Shown here: piece after piece, positions 38,300-49,181 of the stretch
Numbering within the stretch: the stretch's first letter is position 1
Layout: each line of letters begins with the position of its first letter
NCBI GenBank assembly: GCA_964384365.1
Contig: CAYLKF010000007.1
Location: 10,732 to 74,731, forward strand
From: an uncultured Pseudomonadota bacterium
Lineage (GTDB): Bacteria > UBA10199 > JADFYH01
DNA length: 64,000 nucleotides
Direction of reading: 5' to 3'
Program-made: the position numbers and the translations under genes
Notes under the pieces: model-generated
The model's database searches: none
The model's input: the letters and a program-made list of their open reading frames with translations, nothing else
Told to the model about the DNA's origin: nothing

Positions 38300-38396
38300 A
38301 TCGAATCCATCAATTTTTCATACAGCGTTGATTCGATTAAAAGGGACTGGAAATAAAAATAGAAAGAGAACGATTTAAATTATAAGGAGAAGAATT

Positions 38397-39413
38397 ATGA
38401 AAACTTTTTCAAAAATTACTTTAATTGCTTTTTTATTGGGATTTTTTGCCTGCACAGGGCAGTCGACTCGCACCCAACAAAGTTTACTCAATGTTTCGTA
38501 TGATCCTACGCGTGAACTTTACCAAGATTATAATCAAGCTTTTGGTAAATATTGGAAAACAAAATCGGGCCAAGACGTAAAATTTAATCAATCGCACGGA
38601 GGCTCTGGCAAACAAGCGCGCGCGGTGATTGATGGCTTAGAGGCCGATGTGGTTACTTTGGCTTTGGCCTATGATGTCGATGCGATTGCGGAGAGGGCAA
38701 AACTTTTGCCCACCGATTGGCAAAAACGCTTGCCCAATAATAGTGCGCCTTACACCTCGACGATCGTCTTCTTGGTTAAAAAAGGAAATCCGAAGGAAAT
38801 TAAAGATTGGGACGATCTTGCAAAACCGGGGGTTGCGGTGATTACGCCTAATCCTAAAACTTCGGGTGGTGCCCGTTGGAACTACCTAGCAGCTTGGGGT
38901 TATGCCTTGAAACAGCCCGGAGGCTCTGAAACAACGGCCAAAGATTTTGTCAGCAAAGTCTATAAAAATGTGCCGGTTTTAGATTCGGGTGCACGAGGCT
39001 CTACCACCACCTTTGTGGAGCGTGGAATCGGAGACGTTTTGCTCGCCTGGGAAAACGAGGCAATTTTGGCAGTTAAAGAACTCGGGAAAGATAAGTTCGA
39101 GATCGTGGTGCCCAGCGTGAGCATTTTGGCCGAGCCTTCGGTGGCAGTGGTGGATAAAGTAGCTAGCAAACATGGAAACCAAGCTTTGGCTCAAGCCTAT
39201 CTCGAATACTTATATACCCCGGAGGGCCAAGAAATAGCGGCTAAGCATTATTACCGCCCGCGCTTGGCAGAGATCGCCACGAAATATGCTTCGCAATTTC
39301 CGAATTTAAAGTTATTTACCATTGATGAGGCTTTTGGCGGTTGGCAGAATGCTCAAAAAATCCATTTTGCCGATGGGGGAACTTTCGATCAAATTTATCA
39401 GCCGGGACGATAG
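38397..39413 (+). CDS. sbp: Sulfate ABC transporter substrate-binding protein
   Basis: [49 protein letters not shown]. Confidence 0.96.
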   Translation: MKTFSKITLIAFLLGFFACTGQSTRTQQSLLNVSYDPTRELYQDYNQAFGKYWKTKSGQDVKFNQSHGGSGKQARAVIDGLEADVVTLALAYDVDAIAERAKLLPTDWQKRLPNNSAPYTSTIVFLVKKGNPKEIKDWDDLAKPGVAVITPNPKTSGGARWNYLAAWGYALKQPGGSETTAKDFVSKVYKNVPVLDSGARGSTTTFVERGIGDVLLAWENEAILAVKELGKDKFEIVVPSVSILAEPSVAVVDKVASKHGNQALAQAYLEYLYTPEGQEIAAKHYYRPRLAEIATKYASQFPNLKLFTIDEAFGGWQNAQKIHFADGGTFDQIYQPGR

Positions 39414-39423
39414 AGTTTTTTTA

Positions 39424-39464
39424 GACCTCCCCTTAAATCCTCTCTTTACCTTAAGGAGGGGAGA
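39424..39464. repeat. Degenerate REP-like palindrome (family 2)
   Basis: GACCTCCCCTT-aaa-TCCTCTCTTT-acctt-AAGGAGGGGAG, similar to 5264-5297 and 9801-9846. Confidence 0.55.
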
Positions 39465-39478
39465 AATAGGATGAGAAA

Positions 39479-40312
39479 TTGTTTTTGAAACGTAAAAATA
39501 AATCCATTCTTCCGGGTTTTGGAATCAGCATGGGAATCACGCTCACTTATCTGGGCCTGCTCGTGTTGATTCCACTTTCTTCTCTTTTTTTAAAGACAGC
39601 GACTTTATCGGGCTCGGCACTTTGGCAGACGATCACTGATCCACGTGTTTTAGCCTCTTATCGTTTGAGTTTTTCGCTTTCGTTGGCTGCGGCAGCAGTG
39701 AACGGTATTTTGGGCCTGCTCGTGGCGTGGGTTTTGGTACGCTATTCTTTTCCGGGTAAACGTTTTTTTGATGCGATGGTAGATCTGCCCTTTGCACTGC
39801 CCACGGCCGTTGCCGGGATTAGTCTCACCACCTTATATTCCACTCACGGGTGGATCGGAAAAATACTCGATCAATGGGGAATCAAAGTCGACTATACACC
39901 TTTAGGAATTGGAGTGGCCTTGGTTTTTATCGGGCTTCCCTTCGTGGTGCGCACGCTGCAACCTGTTTTGCAAGATTTAGATCCCGAGATTGAAGAAGCG
40001 GCCAGCAGTTTAGGGGCGAGCCGATTTCGCACCTTCGTTTCGGTGATTTTTCCGCATTTGATTCCTGCGCTTCTCACCGGCTTTGCCCTTTCGTTTGCGC
40101 GTGCTCTCGGTGAATATGGCTCGGTTGTTTTTATTTCAGGGAACATGCCTTTTAAAACCGAGATTACGCCGCTTTTGATCATGACGAAACTGGAACAATT
40201 CGATTATCCGGGCGCAACTGCGATTGCGGTGGTGATGCTGCTCGCGTCGTTTTTACTCCTCTTCTTGATTAATCTTTTACAAGCCTGGCAGGCGAGGAGG
40301 ATTGGAGGATGA
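39479..40312 (+). CDS. cysT: Sulfate ABC permease CysT
   Basis: LPGFGIS, VDLPFALPTAVAG, EEAASSLGA, SFARALGEYGSVVFISGN. Confidence 0.95.
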   Translation: MFLKRKNKSILPGFGISMGITLTYLGLLVLIPLSSLFLKTATLSGSALWQTITDPRVLASYRLSFSLSLAAAAVNGILGLLVAWVLVRYSFPGKRFFDAMVDLPFALPTAVAGISLTTLYSTHGWIGKILDQWGIKVDYTPLGIGVALVFIGLPFVVRTLQPVLQDLDPEIEEAASSLGASRFRTFVSVIFPHLIPALLTGFALSFARALGEYGSVVFISGNMPFKTEITPLLIMTKLEQFDYPGATAIAVVMLLASFLLLFLINLLQAWQARRIGG

Positions 40313-41202
40313 AATTTGATTTCCTTTCTCGGCAGATTGCCAGAGCCTATCGTATTCGCGCTGTAACCGATAAAGATCCACTCCCCGTGCGTATTTTACT
40401 CTGTGGTATTGCGATTGGATTTTTAATTTTATTTTTATTTTTCCCTTTACTCTGCGTGTTTGAAGGAGCCTTGCAAAAAGGCGTGCAATCTTATTTGCAG
40501 GCGATTGCTACTCCCGATTCTTGGGCCGCGATCAAGCTTACTTTGCTTACTGCCTTTGTCTCAGTGGTCGTCAATTCTATTTTTGGAGTTTTTGCAGCCT
40601 GGGCTATTGCAAAATTTGATTTTCGCGGAAAAAATATTCTGCTTACTTTAATTGATTTGCCTTTCGCGGTTTCACCCGTGATCTCCGGACTTATTTTTGT
40701 TTTGCTCTTTGGTTTACAGGGTTGGCTTGGGCCCTACTTGGCCGAGCATGATTTAAAAATTATTTTTGCGGTGCCCGGAATTATCTTGGCCACCTTATTT
40801 GTGACTTTTCCTTTTGTGGCGCGCGAATTGATTCCCCTGATGGAAAGTCAAGGCCGCGAGCAAGAAGAAGCAGCGATTGTGCTGGGGGCTACCGGCTGGC
40901 AAACTTTTTGGAAAGTGACTTTGCCCAATATTAAGTGGGGGCTTCTTTACGGCGTAATTCTTTGTAATGCGCGCGCCATGGGAGAATTCGGAGCCGTCTC
41001 GGTGGTATCGGGGCATATTCGCGGCAAAACCAATACGCTGCCGCTGCATGTGGAGATTCTCTACAACGAATATGATTTTTCGGGTGCTTTCGCCGTCGCT
41101 TCACTCTTAGCTTTCTTAGCCTTGATCACTTTAGTTTTGAAAACCCTGCTTGAAGAGAAGGTGCAAGAAACTGGAAAAGTGGCCGTTAAAAAAATGCACT
41201 AA
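40309..41202 (+). CDS. cysW: Sulfate ABC permease CysW
   Basis: [38 protein letters not shown]. Confidence 0.95.
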   Translation: MKFDFLSRQIARAYRIRAVTDKDPLPVRILLCGIAIGFLILFLFFPLLCVFEGALQKGVQSYLQAIATPDSWAAIKLTLLTAFVSVVVNSIFGVFAAWAIAKFDFRGKNILLTLIDLPFAVSPVISGLIFVLLFGLQGWLGPYLAEHDLKIIFAVPGIILATLFVTFPFVARELIPLMESQGREQEEAAIVLGATGWQTFWKVTLPNIKWGLLYGVILCNARAMGEFGAVSVVSGHIRGKTNTLPLHVEILYNEYDFSGAFAVASLLAFLALITLVLKTLLEEKVQETGKVAVKKMH

Positions 41203-41213
41203 ACGGGAGTTTT

Positions 41214-42281
41214 ATGAATATCGAAGTTTGTGGACTCAATAAAAGTTTCGGTGACTTCGCCGCCTTAACCGATATTAACCTTGTGATTCCCCAAGGGGAG
41301 CTCGTGGCTTTGATTGGGCCGTCGGGTTCGGGCAAAACTACTTTGCTTCGCATTATCTCAGGCCTCGAAGTGCCGACGAGTGGTTTGATTTTGATTGATG
41401 GCGAAGACGCGACTTATCGTACCGCGCGGGAGAGGCAAGTGGGTTTTGTGTTCCAGCACTACGCCTTGTTTCGCCACATGACGGTGTTTGATAATATTGC
41501 TTTTGGTTTAAAAGTAAAACCGCGCAAGATTCGTCTTTCAAAAGAAAAAATCGAAGAAAAAGTTTTTGAACTTTTAAAACTCGTGCAGCTCGAAGGTTTA
41601 GCCAAACGCTACCCCTCTCAACTTTCGGGTGGGCAGCGTCAGCGTATCGCCTTAGCGCGCGCCTTGGCGGTGGAGCCCTCGATGTTACTCTTGGATGAAC
41701 CCTTCGGTGCGCTTGATGCGAAGGTGCGAAAAGAATTGCGCCGTTGGCTGCGCCGCTTGCACGATGAAATTCATGTGACGAGTGTGTTTGTGACTCACGA
41801 TCAAGAAGAAGCGCTTGAAGTGGCAGACCGGGTCGTCATCATGCACCGCGGAAAAATTGAACAAGTGGGCAGCCCCGAACAAGTTTACGATCATCCGGCC
41901 AATCCCTTTGTGTTTGATTTTCTAGGAAACGTGAATTTATTTCATGGCCGTGTAGATGCAGGCCAGGCGCATTTGGGTGATTTAAAAGTGGCCGTGCCCG
42001 AGCATGCGAGCAAAAATGGCGTTTCAGCCGTGGGGTATGTGCGACCGCATGAAATTGAACTTCACAAAGAAAAAACTGCAGAGGATTTATTTCCCGCTAC
42101 CATTAAAGCCATTGTGCCGATTGGCCCTATTGTGCGCATCGAGCTCATCCGTACCGATACTCAAGATTATCTTGAAGTGGAGCTGGGCAAAGGGCTTTAC
42201 ACCTCGCTACAGCTCAAAGTGGGCGATCAAGTGTATGCCCGGCCGAAGAATTTGAAGGTGTTTGTGGAGGAAGAGAAGTAG
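41214..42281 (+). CDS. cysA: Sulfate ABC ATP-binding protein CysA
   Basis: [43 protein letters not shown]-terminus. Confidence 0.96.
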   Translation: MNIEVCGLNKSFGDFAALTDINLVIPQGELVALIGPSGSGKTTLLRIISGLEVPTSGLILIDGEDATYRTARERQVGFVFQHYALFRHMTVFDNIAFGLKVKPRKIRLSKEKIEEKVFELLKLVQLEGLAKRYPSQLSGGQRQRIALARALAVEPSMLLLDEPFGALDAKVRKELRRWLRRLHDEIHVTSVFVTHDQEEALEVADRVVIMHRGKIEQVGSPEQVYDHPANPFVFDFLGNVNLFHGRVDAGQAHLGDLKVAVPEHASKNGVSAVGYVRPHEIELHKEKTAEDLFPATIKAIVPIGPIVRIELIRTDTQDYLEVELGKGLYTSLQLKVGDQVYARPKNLKVFVEEEK

Positions 42282-42352
42282 TTTTTGTGAATAGAATTTC
42301 TAAAACTCTTATTTTCCAAAGCGTTCCACGCGTGTCGGACACCGCTTTTGCT

Positions 42353-42715
42353 TTAATAGAGTAGTCCTATCAAAAAAAGCATAATACCCACAACTACGCC
42401 ACCGCAGATCAAGCCATCATCAGGGGCAGTGTGAGGAGGTGTAGGAGAGGAAGAGGGGCGGGGCTGCATTCTTCCTTCACAAAATTGATTTAAAGAATTT
42501 CTAAATCCCGTTGCATCGCTGGAAGTGTCCCGCACTTGATTAATAGCTTGCCTCAACTCGTCTGGAGTAAAATGATATCGATCTTGGCAATAAGAAGCCC
42601 CGTGGCCAGGGGGACATGTGTTTTGCACCCATTGCTCTGTGCTCCGAGTAGGAAATCGGGTCATATCTCGATAAAGGTTCCCACACATAAATTGAACCGC
42701 ATTTTCGTATGCCAT
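42353..42715 (-). CDS. Orphan protein with C-terminal TM anchor
   Basis: SD AGGAGG; 120 aa, Cys residues, Pro/Ser linker, C-terminal hydrophobic helix. Confidence 0.6.
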   Translation of the reverse strand: MAYENAVQFMCGNLYRDMTRFPTRSTEQWVQNTCPPGHGASYCQDRYHFTPDELRQAINQVRDTSSDATGFRNSLNQFCEGRMQPRPSSSPTPPHTAPDDGLICGGVVVGIMLFLIGLLY

Positions 42716-42993
42716 AATGATATCCTCCTGGAATTATGCCCGCGTGTCGAACACGTGTCTGATAGCAATTTTGTTATAAATATAAGGCATTATCGCTTTG
42801 GCCTAAAAAAGGTTGCTAATCTATTTTATGTGGGTTGTCGGACAGCAAATTTGTAAAAAATTGTCTTTTACTCTTCTAAGCATTTTTTACACAACCCATT
42901 TTCCGATTGCCCTCCTATCATTCTAAAATTACCATAGTTTTCTTAGCCTTCGATGCTTGACATCTTTTAAAGAAAGGTCATCTTCTAGCCCAT

Positions 42994-45573
42994 ATGCGAC
43001 TCGATAAATTTACAGTGAAAGCCCAAGAAGCGGTTGCCGAAGCTCAGAGTTTAGCGGGGCAGTATGGCAATCAACAAATTGAACCCGAGCACCTCTTGCA
43101 AGCCTTACTCAGCCAAGAAGAGGGCTTAACGGCGACGATTCTCCAAAAACTAGGGACGAGTCCTGCTCAACTCCAAAATGAACTGCAAGCTTTGATTCAA
43201 AAACTCCCGAAAGTTTCAGGTTCGGGCGGCGAATATTTATCTTCCGGCTTTAAAAAAGTTTTAGAAGTTTCGGAACAAGAGGCCCGCTCGCTGAAAGATG
43301 ATTACGTGAGCACCGAGCATTTGCTCTTGGGCTTGAGTGAAGTGAAAGAGGCGAAGACCGCTGCTTTACTCAAAGGCCATGGCGTGACGCGGGCGGCCTT
43401 ACTCAAAGCCTTGGTAGATATCCGTGGCTCGCACCGGGTGACCGATCAAAACCCTGAAGCGAAATATCAATCTCTTAAAAAATATTCGCGCGATTTAACT
43501 GACCTTGCGCGGCGTGGAAAGCTCGACCCCGTTATTGGGCGTGATGATGAAGTGCGGCGGGTGATTCAGGTTTTATCGCGGCGCACGAAAAATAATCCGG
43601 TTTTAATTGGAGAGCCCGGCGTGGGGAAAACCGCCATTGTCGAAGGCTTGGCTCAACGTGTGGCGAATGGCGATGTACCCGAAACGCTTCGCGATAAAAG
43701 TATTGTAGCGCTTGATTTGGGAGCTCTATTGGCGGGCACCAAATACCGCGGAGAGTTTGAAGATCGTTTAAAAGCTCTTCTCAAAGAAATTACGGAGGCC
43801 GAAGGAAAAATTATTTTATTCATCGATGAGCTCCACACTTTAGTAGGCGCGGGTTCGGCCGAAGGGGCGATGGATGCCTCCAATATGCTCAAGCCTGCTT
43901 TGGCGCGCGGAGAGCTCCGTTGCGTGGGTGCGACAACGCTCGATGAATATCGCAAGCACATTGAAAAAGATCCGGCGCTCGAGCGGCGTTTTCAACAAGT
44001 TTATGTGGGTGAGCCGAGTGTAGAAGATACCATCGCGATTTTGCGCGGTTTGAAAGAACGCTACGAAGTGCATCATGGTGTGCGCATCAAAGATGAAGCC
44101 ATTGTGGCAGCGGCTCAATTGTCCAATCGATATATCACCTCGCGCTTCTTACCCGATAAGGCGATTGATCTAATCGATGAAGCGGCGAGCAAGTTGCGCA
44201 TTGAGATTGATAGCCTGCCCACCGAGATCGACGAGATCGAACGCAAAATCACTCAGCTTGAGATTGAGCGCCAGGCGCTGAAAAAAGAAAAAGACGAGGG
44301 CTCGAAAACACGGCTCGAAAAAATCGAAAAAGAACTGGGTAGTTTGAAAGAGCAAAGTTCGGAAATGAAAGCCAAATGGCAATCGGAGCGCGATGTGATT
44401 AAGAAGTTGCGCGATGCCAAAGAAAAAATTGAGCAGACCAAGATTGAGGCCGAGCGCGCCGAACGTTCGGGAGATTTAGGAAAAGCAGCAGAGCTTAAAT
44501 ATGGAACACTGCCCAACTTAGAGAAAGAATTGAAAACCGAAAATGATAAGTTGGCCAAAGTTCAAAAAGGCCAGCAGATGCTCAAAGAAGAGGTGGATGC
44601 CGAAGATATTGCTGAAGTCGTGGGTAAATGGACGGGCATTCCGGTTTCGAAATTGATGGAAGGTGAAAAAGAAAAACTGGTGCGCATGGAAGAAGGTTTG
44701 AAGGCGCGTGTGGTAGGGCAAGATGAAGCGCTCGTAAAAGTGGCCAATGCCGTGCGTCGTGCGCGAGCGGGCTTGCAAGATCCGAATCGCCCCATTGGTT
44801 CGTTTATTTTCTTAGGACCAACCGGAGTAGGAAAAACCGAAACAGCGCGGGCCTTAGCCGAATTTTTATTTGATGATGAAAACGCAATGACGCGAATCGA
44901 TATGAGTGAATATATGGAGAAGCATAGCGTTTCGCGCTTGATTGGCGCGCCTCCGGGCTATGTGGGCTACGAAGAGGGTGGCCAGCTTACCGAGGCCGTG
45001 CGTCGCCGGCCTTATTCCGTGATTCTTTTTGATGAAATCGAAAAAGCGCATCACGATGTGTTTAATATTCTTCTGCAGGTTTTGGATGATGGGCGCTTAA
45101 CTGATGGGCAAGGTCGCACGGTTGATTTTCGAAATACCGTGATCATCATGACTTCTAACGTCGGCTCTCAATTTGCTTATGCGGGCTTAAAAGAAGAAGA
45201 GATGGAAAAGAAAATGTTGGAAGAGCTCAAAAATAATTTCCGCCCCGAGTTTTTAAATCGGGTGGATGATATTGTGGTTTTCCACGGATTAAGCGAAGAA
45301 CAAATCAAACACATTGTTGAAATTCAACTTCAACGTCTGCAAAAACTTTTGGCTGATCGCAAAATAAATCTAACCCTTACCGATAAAGCCAAGGCCTTGA
45401 TTGCGAAGCAGGGCTATGATCCGGTATATGGAGCTCGCCCGCTTAAGCGCGCGATTCAAAAATACATTCAAGATCCACTCGCCTTAAAAATTCTCGAAGG
45501 GCAGTTTAAAGATGGAGATTCGATTGTGGCCGATGCCGGAGATGTGGGCTCGGTGGTTTTTCGCAAAAAATAG
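42994..45573 (+). CDS. clpB: Chaperone ClpB
   Basis: [18 protein letters not shown], coiled-coil M domain, [39 protein letters not shown]. Confidence 0.99.
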   Translation: MRLDKFTVKAQEAVAEAQSLAGQYGNQQIEPEHLLQALLSQEEGLTATILQKLGTSPAQLQNELQALIQKLPKVSGSGGEYLSSGFKKVLEVSEQEARSLKDDYVSTEHLLLGLSEVKEAKTAALLKGHGVTRAALLKALVDIRGSHRVTDQNPEAKYQSLKKYSRDLTDLARRGKLDPVIGRDDEVRRVIQVLSRRTKNNPVLIGEPGVGKTAIVEGLAQRVANGDVPETLRDKSIVALDLGALLAGTKYRGEFEDRLKALLKEITEAEGKIILFIDELHTLVGAGSAEGAMDASNMLKPALARGELRCVGATTLDEYRKHIEKDPALERRFQQVYVGEPSVEDTIAILRGLKERYEVHHGVRIKDEAIVAAAQLSNRYITSRFLPDKAIDLIDEAASKLRIEIDSLPTEIDEIERKITQLEIERQALKKEKDEGSKTRLEKIEKELGSLKEQSSEMKAKWQSERDVIKKLRDAKEKIEQTKIEAERAERSGDLGKAAELKYGTLPNLEKELKTENDKLAKVQKGQQMLKEEVDAEDIAEVVGKWTGIPVSKLMEGEKEKLVRMEEGLKARVVGQDEALVKVANAVRRARAGLQDPNRPIGSFIFLGPTGVGKTETARALAEFLFDDENAMTRIDMSEYMEKHSVSRLIGAPPGYVGYEEGGQLTEAVRRRPYSVILFDEIEKAHHDVFNILLQVLDDGRLTDGQGRTVDFRNTVIIMTSNVGSQFAYAGLKEEEMEKKMLEELKNNFRPEFLNRVDDIVVFHGLSEEQIKHIVEIQLQRLQKLLADRKINLTLTDKAKALIAKQGYDPVYGARPLKRAIQKYIQDPLALKILEGQFKDGDSIVADAGDVGSVVFRKK

Positions 45574-45597
45574 TGGGTTTTCTTTGGCGAGTTCTAC

Positions 45598-47271
45598 TCA
45601 TCTCATACAATTCGAATAACCGGTTTTCTCTAAAAAACGGTGAAGGAGTTTTTTGAAAAAAGAATCGGATTCTTTTTTGGGCTCTTCATTCACACTCCGG
45701 CATACTTTTTCGCGGAGCGGCTCTGGCAGTGATTTGAAGAATGGAGTCGAGAATTGTAGATTTTCTTTTCTTGCATCCAGGAAAAATCCATAGGCCATTA
45801 AATCTTTGCTGTTTTTTACTTCTTTCGCTTCAGTGATAAGAGGTGGATTGCTAGAAAAGGTTTGAAGAAATTCAGAGAGATTTTTTTGATCGCCCAGTGC
45901 CATTTGTAAGGCGAGAAGACGTTCGCGTTCGAGTTTTGGCATTTTTTGCACTAGGGTGTTTGTGAAGAGCGGGTAGAAAACTTTATAATCGACGTTTTCA
46001 GGAATCTGCAAAAGCTTAAGAATTTGGGCAAGCGCCTCGTCGTTAATTGCAGTTTGCTGAGCGAGAGAAATATAAATGGGTAAAAAATCTTCTGCATCTT
46101 GAATCGAAAAGGGCCATTGTTTGGTTTTATTTTGATAAGCGCGGGTGAAACAATCGAGCAATGAAGAAGATTCAGAAGGGTTTGAAAGTAAATAATCCCA
46201 ATAAGCTTTTTGAGTAGTGCTGCATAAGACGAGTCGATTTAAATTTTCTTTTGTATTTGGATTTAAAATTATTCCTACTTCTTCTTGAGCGAGCGGCCCA
46301 TTTAAATAGGCTTTTAAGAAGGGGTAGAGGGGAGCGTTAGAACAATTAGACAGAACGAGACCCTGGATCTTATCTTCGTATTCCTTTCGATCTTTCGGGT
46401 AATAACGATCTACTTTAATATTTTTGAGCAGACCGTCTATTTGAGAAGGATTCTGGCAAGCAGCTTGAATAACTTTGGGCATTAACATGGCTGATCGAGG
46501 ATCGGTGATATTGCTTCCAAATTCTTCTGAGAGACGCGAAGCTTCTTGAGGGCTTAAAAAGTCGACGAGCCCATAAATAATCGATTTCTGTTGGCCCGTA
46601 TGGTAGCTTTCTAGAATTGCTTTCACTCGAATTTCGGGATTTGTTTCTTTTTTCAACTCTTCAATCACAAAATCACGACCGGCAACTTCATAATAATAGA
46701 GAGGTTCGGTTAAGAGTTCGACTTTTCGTTTGGGTTTAGTTTCTTGAGCGTAGGCTTTGGAATATTCAGGGAGTAAATTAATTTGGCTGGCAAGTGAGAT
46801 GCTTTTCCAATCTTGGGCTTCTGATGAGTGGGGTTTTAGATTTATTTCTTGATCGAGGGCAATCACCGTACGTCTTAAGGCAGAAAGGTAATAGGCCCGA
46901 ATGGGGTATTTTTTGTTGTTCTTCCAAAAAGTTCCCCGATTAAAATCTCCTTCTTCTGTAAAATACGCTTCGTAGACTAATTGATTATTTTCAAAAACTT
47001 TAACTTCATATTCTTTATCGGGGAAAACGGCCTTATATAAAAGGTAGGGCAGGGCAATGGCTTCGAGTGCGCTTGCATGGCCTCCTGCATAATGATCACC
47101 CGCTTTTTTAAGTGTTTCTTCTACGCGAATATTGGGAGAATCTTTTAATTTTTTTATGCCTTCTCGAGTGATGGGGTAAGGAATCAACGATTGGGTTGTC
47201 CAAGAAGCAAAGAGCGAAGAAGAGAAAAGAAAAAAGATAAGAAACAAGATGGTTTGTTGAATTTTAAGCAA
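45598..47271 (-). CDS. Secreted hypothetical protein
   Basis: 557-aa ORF with signal peptide (SSSLFA); no family recognised. Confidence 0.65.
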   Translation of the reverse strand: MLKIQQTILFLIFFLFSSSLFASWTTQSLIPYPITREGIKKLKDSPNIRVEETLKKAGDHYAGGHASALEAIALPYLLYKAVFPDKEYEVKVFENNQLVYEAYFTEEGDFNRGTFWKNNKKYPIRAYYLSALRRTVIALDQEINLKPHSSEAQDWKSISLASQINLLPEYSKAYAQETKPKRKVELLTEPLYYYEVAGRDFVIEELKKETNPEIRVKAILESYHTGQQKSIIYGLVDFLSPQEASRLSEEFGSNITDPRSAMLMPKVIQAACQNPSQIDGLLKNIKVDRYYPKDRKEYEDKIQGLVLSNCSNAPLYPFLKAYLNGPLAQEEVGIILNPNTKENLNRLVLCSTTQKAYWDYLLSNPSESSSLLDCFTRAYQNKTKQWPFSIQDAEDFLPIYISLAQQTAINDEALAQILKLLQIPENVDYKVFYPLFTNTLVQKMPKLERERLLALQMALGDQKNLSEFLQTFSSNPPLITEAKEVKNSKDLMAYGFFLDARKENLQFSTPFFKSLPEPLREKVCRSVNEEPKKESDSFFKKLLHRFLEKTGYSNCMR

Positions 47272-48226
47272 TGCGATCTCTCAAAAACTTTTCAATTCTC
47301 AGGTTAATGAGTTCAGGCTGTTCCAGTAAAGCCGCGTGGGTGGCGTTTTTGATGATGAAGAGCTCGCTCTTTGGAATAGTACGGTGCATTTTTTTGGCGA
47401 TCCAAACCGGCGTAAACTGATCTTGCTCAGCCCCAATAATTAGGGTGGGGACTTTAATTTTCTTTAAGATATTTTCGGCGGTATGTTCGCCCACGCTTTG
47501 CAAAAGCACGGCAAAAAACTTTGGATCAACCTTTACAATGTGATCTACGTATTTTTTAACATCTTCTTTATTGGCCAAACCCGTATTCACCATTTTTAAA
47601 ACGCCCCCCAACTCATACCAAAAAGGGTTTTGAAGTAAGAATCGGCCTAAAAGATTACTCTGTTTCGGAAAAGCGGTGCCGATCAAGGTGACGATTTGGT
47701 AAAGGTATTTGGAAAGCGAGGTATTGTAGAAGGTATCGATGGGTTTTCCATAAGTTCCCAAACAAGGAATCAGGGCCTTTACCGATTTTGGGTAACGCCT
47801 ATAAAAATCCAAAATGATCTGACTCCCTAAACTAAAACCCACAAAAATTGCTTTTTTGATTTTGAGCTTATTTAAAACGGCTTTGCAATCTTGGAGCAGG
47901 GCATCCATCGTTGCATTTTGAAGATCTTTCGGAGAGCCCGAGTGTCCATGACCCCGGTAGTCCCAGGTGACCACTTGATAATGTTGTTTAAAATGATTTT
48001 CTAAATACTTCCAAAAGAAGGTGTTTACTCCAAAACCATTGCAGCAAACAATGGGCAAGCCTTGTCCCACGGCTTTATAATGAATGCGTGTTCCATCAAA
48101 GCTTTTGACATCGCCTTCTTTTAAATAGACGAGTTCTGCCAGTTTTCCGCGTCGTTTAGTTGTTTTATCTCTTTTCTTAAGTTGCATGAGTGTAGCGCTC
48201 GTAAATGAGGAATCAAAAAAAATCAA
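47264..48226 (-). CDS. Alpha/beta-fold hydrolase
   Basis: WDYRGHGHS, nucleophile GFSLG, Asp in EQDQF, His in ATHAALLE; start uncertain. Confidence 0.9.
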   Translation of the reverse strand: MIFFDSSFTSATLMQLKKRDKTTKRRGKLAELVYLKEGDVKSFDGTRIHYKAVGQGLPIVCCNGFGVNTFFWKYLENHFKQHYQVVTWDYRGHGHSGSPKDLQNATMDALLQDCKAVLNKLKIKKAIFVGFSLGSQIILDFYRRYPKSVKALIPCLGTYGKPIDTFYNTSLSKYLYQIVTLIGTAFPKQSNLLGRFLLQNPFWYELGGVLKMVNTGLANKEDVKKYVDHIVKVDPKFFAVLLQSVGEHTAENILKKIKVPTLIIGAEQDQFTPVWIAKKMHRTIPKSELFIIKNATHAALLEQPELINLRIEKFLRDRIA

Positions 48227-48241
48227 ATAAAACTATGAAGG

Positions 48242-48372
48242 TAAAGGTCAACATTTTCTCAGTTCGCAAAAAACGCGCCGCAAGGAATAGTTTAACGTAC
48301 TTTTGAAAAAAATATGATTTTTAAAATCGATAATTCGGCACTTTTCGCCTACTTCAAAAATGCCGACCTTTA
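48242..48372 (-). repeat. Family-1 structured repeat, copy B (131 bp)
   Basis: 16-bp arms TAAAGGTC(GG/AA)CATTTT (2 G.U on minus strand). Inner stem GCGAAAA-GTGCCG/CGGCGC-G-TTTTTTGC. Confidence 0.85.
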
Positions 48373-48395
48373 GCTCTAAGTTAGGATTGTACTGT

Positions 48396-49019
48396 TTAGG
48401 CGAGTTCTCGGGTATCAAAAAAATCGACTTCTCCAGTTTGCAAAGAATACTCAGCTCCCACCACTACCAAGCCTTCTTTTTGAATGAGTTCTTCTAAAAT
48501 TTTGGAGCCTTCGCGCAAATGATCGACCGAGGCTTTTACATTTGCACGGACAGCTTGGTGAACTAAGGCCTCTAAATCGTCTTTTAAATCCGTTTTTAAA
48601 AGGTTTTCAACCGAAGGTTTCACCCGATCCACGATTGATTGAAGATTGCGAGATTTATTCTCGGAGCTTTGTTGCAACTCTTCTAGCGTCGCTAAAATTG
48701 CTCCGCATTGGGAGTGGCCCAAAACCACCACGAGCCGAGTCCCGAAGCGCGAAGCGGCAAACTCAACACTTCCTACTTGAGAAGGGGCTACAATGTTGCC
48801 CGCTACGCGAATCACAAACAAATCGCCCAAGCCCTGGTCAAAAACAATTTCAGCGGGCACTCGAGAGTCGGAGCATCCTAAGATGATTGCAAAAGGTTTT
48901 TGTTCTTTGGCAAGTTCTAAGGGTTTGGATGAAGTTAAGGGCTCACGGTTTTTAAGGTTTGTTACAAAACGCTGATTACCTTGGCGGAGCTGGTTTAAGG
49001 CTTTTTGGGCAGAAATCAT
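48396..49019 (-). CDS. Beta-class carbonic anhydrase
   Basis: ILGCSDSRVP, GDLFVIRVAGN, VLGHSQCGA; ATG 49019 preferred. Confidence 0.95.
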   Translation of the reverse strand: MISAQKALNQLRQGNQRFVTNLKNREPLTSSKPLELAKEQKPFAIILGCSDSRVPAEIVFDQGLGDLFVIRVAGNIVAPSQVGSVEFAASRFGTRLVVVLGHSQCGAILATLEELQQSSENKSRNLQSIVDRVKPSVENLLKTDLKDDLEALVHQAVRANVKASVDHLREGSKILEELIQKEGLVVVGAEYSLQTGEVDFFDTRELA

Positions 49020-49139
49020 GAGGCTATCCTTTTTTGCTTTCGATTCGAATTCAGTTTTTGCCTTGTTATAATACCCGAGGGAGAAGAATAAAGAAGAAAA
49101 TATCCCCAAAAGAACAAGACAAGGTTAAAAAACCGGGTA

Positions 49140-49168
49140 TTGACATTAAGTTAGCCTATCTATATATA
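49140..49168 (+). promoter_or_regulatory. Sigma70-type promoter for the ispE operon
   Basis: TTGACA-17 nt-TATATA. Confidence 0.65.
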
Positions 49169-49181
49169 CGCACCCTTATCT

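Noticed and set aside
4129-49109. Long N-terminal extensions in the ORF track (znuC to 4191, gldA-like to 32567, carbonic anhydrase to 49109, vapB to 28335)
   Set aside because: Extensions run through repeat elements or promoters; downstream ATGs match the family N-termini.
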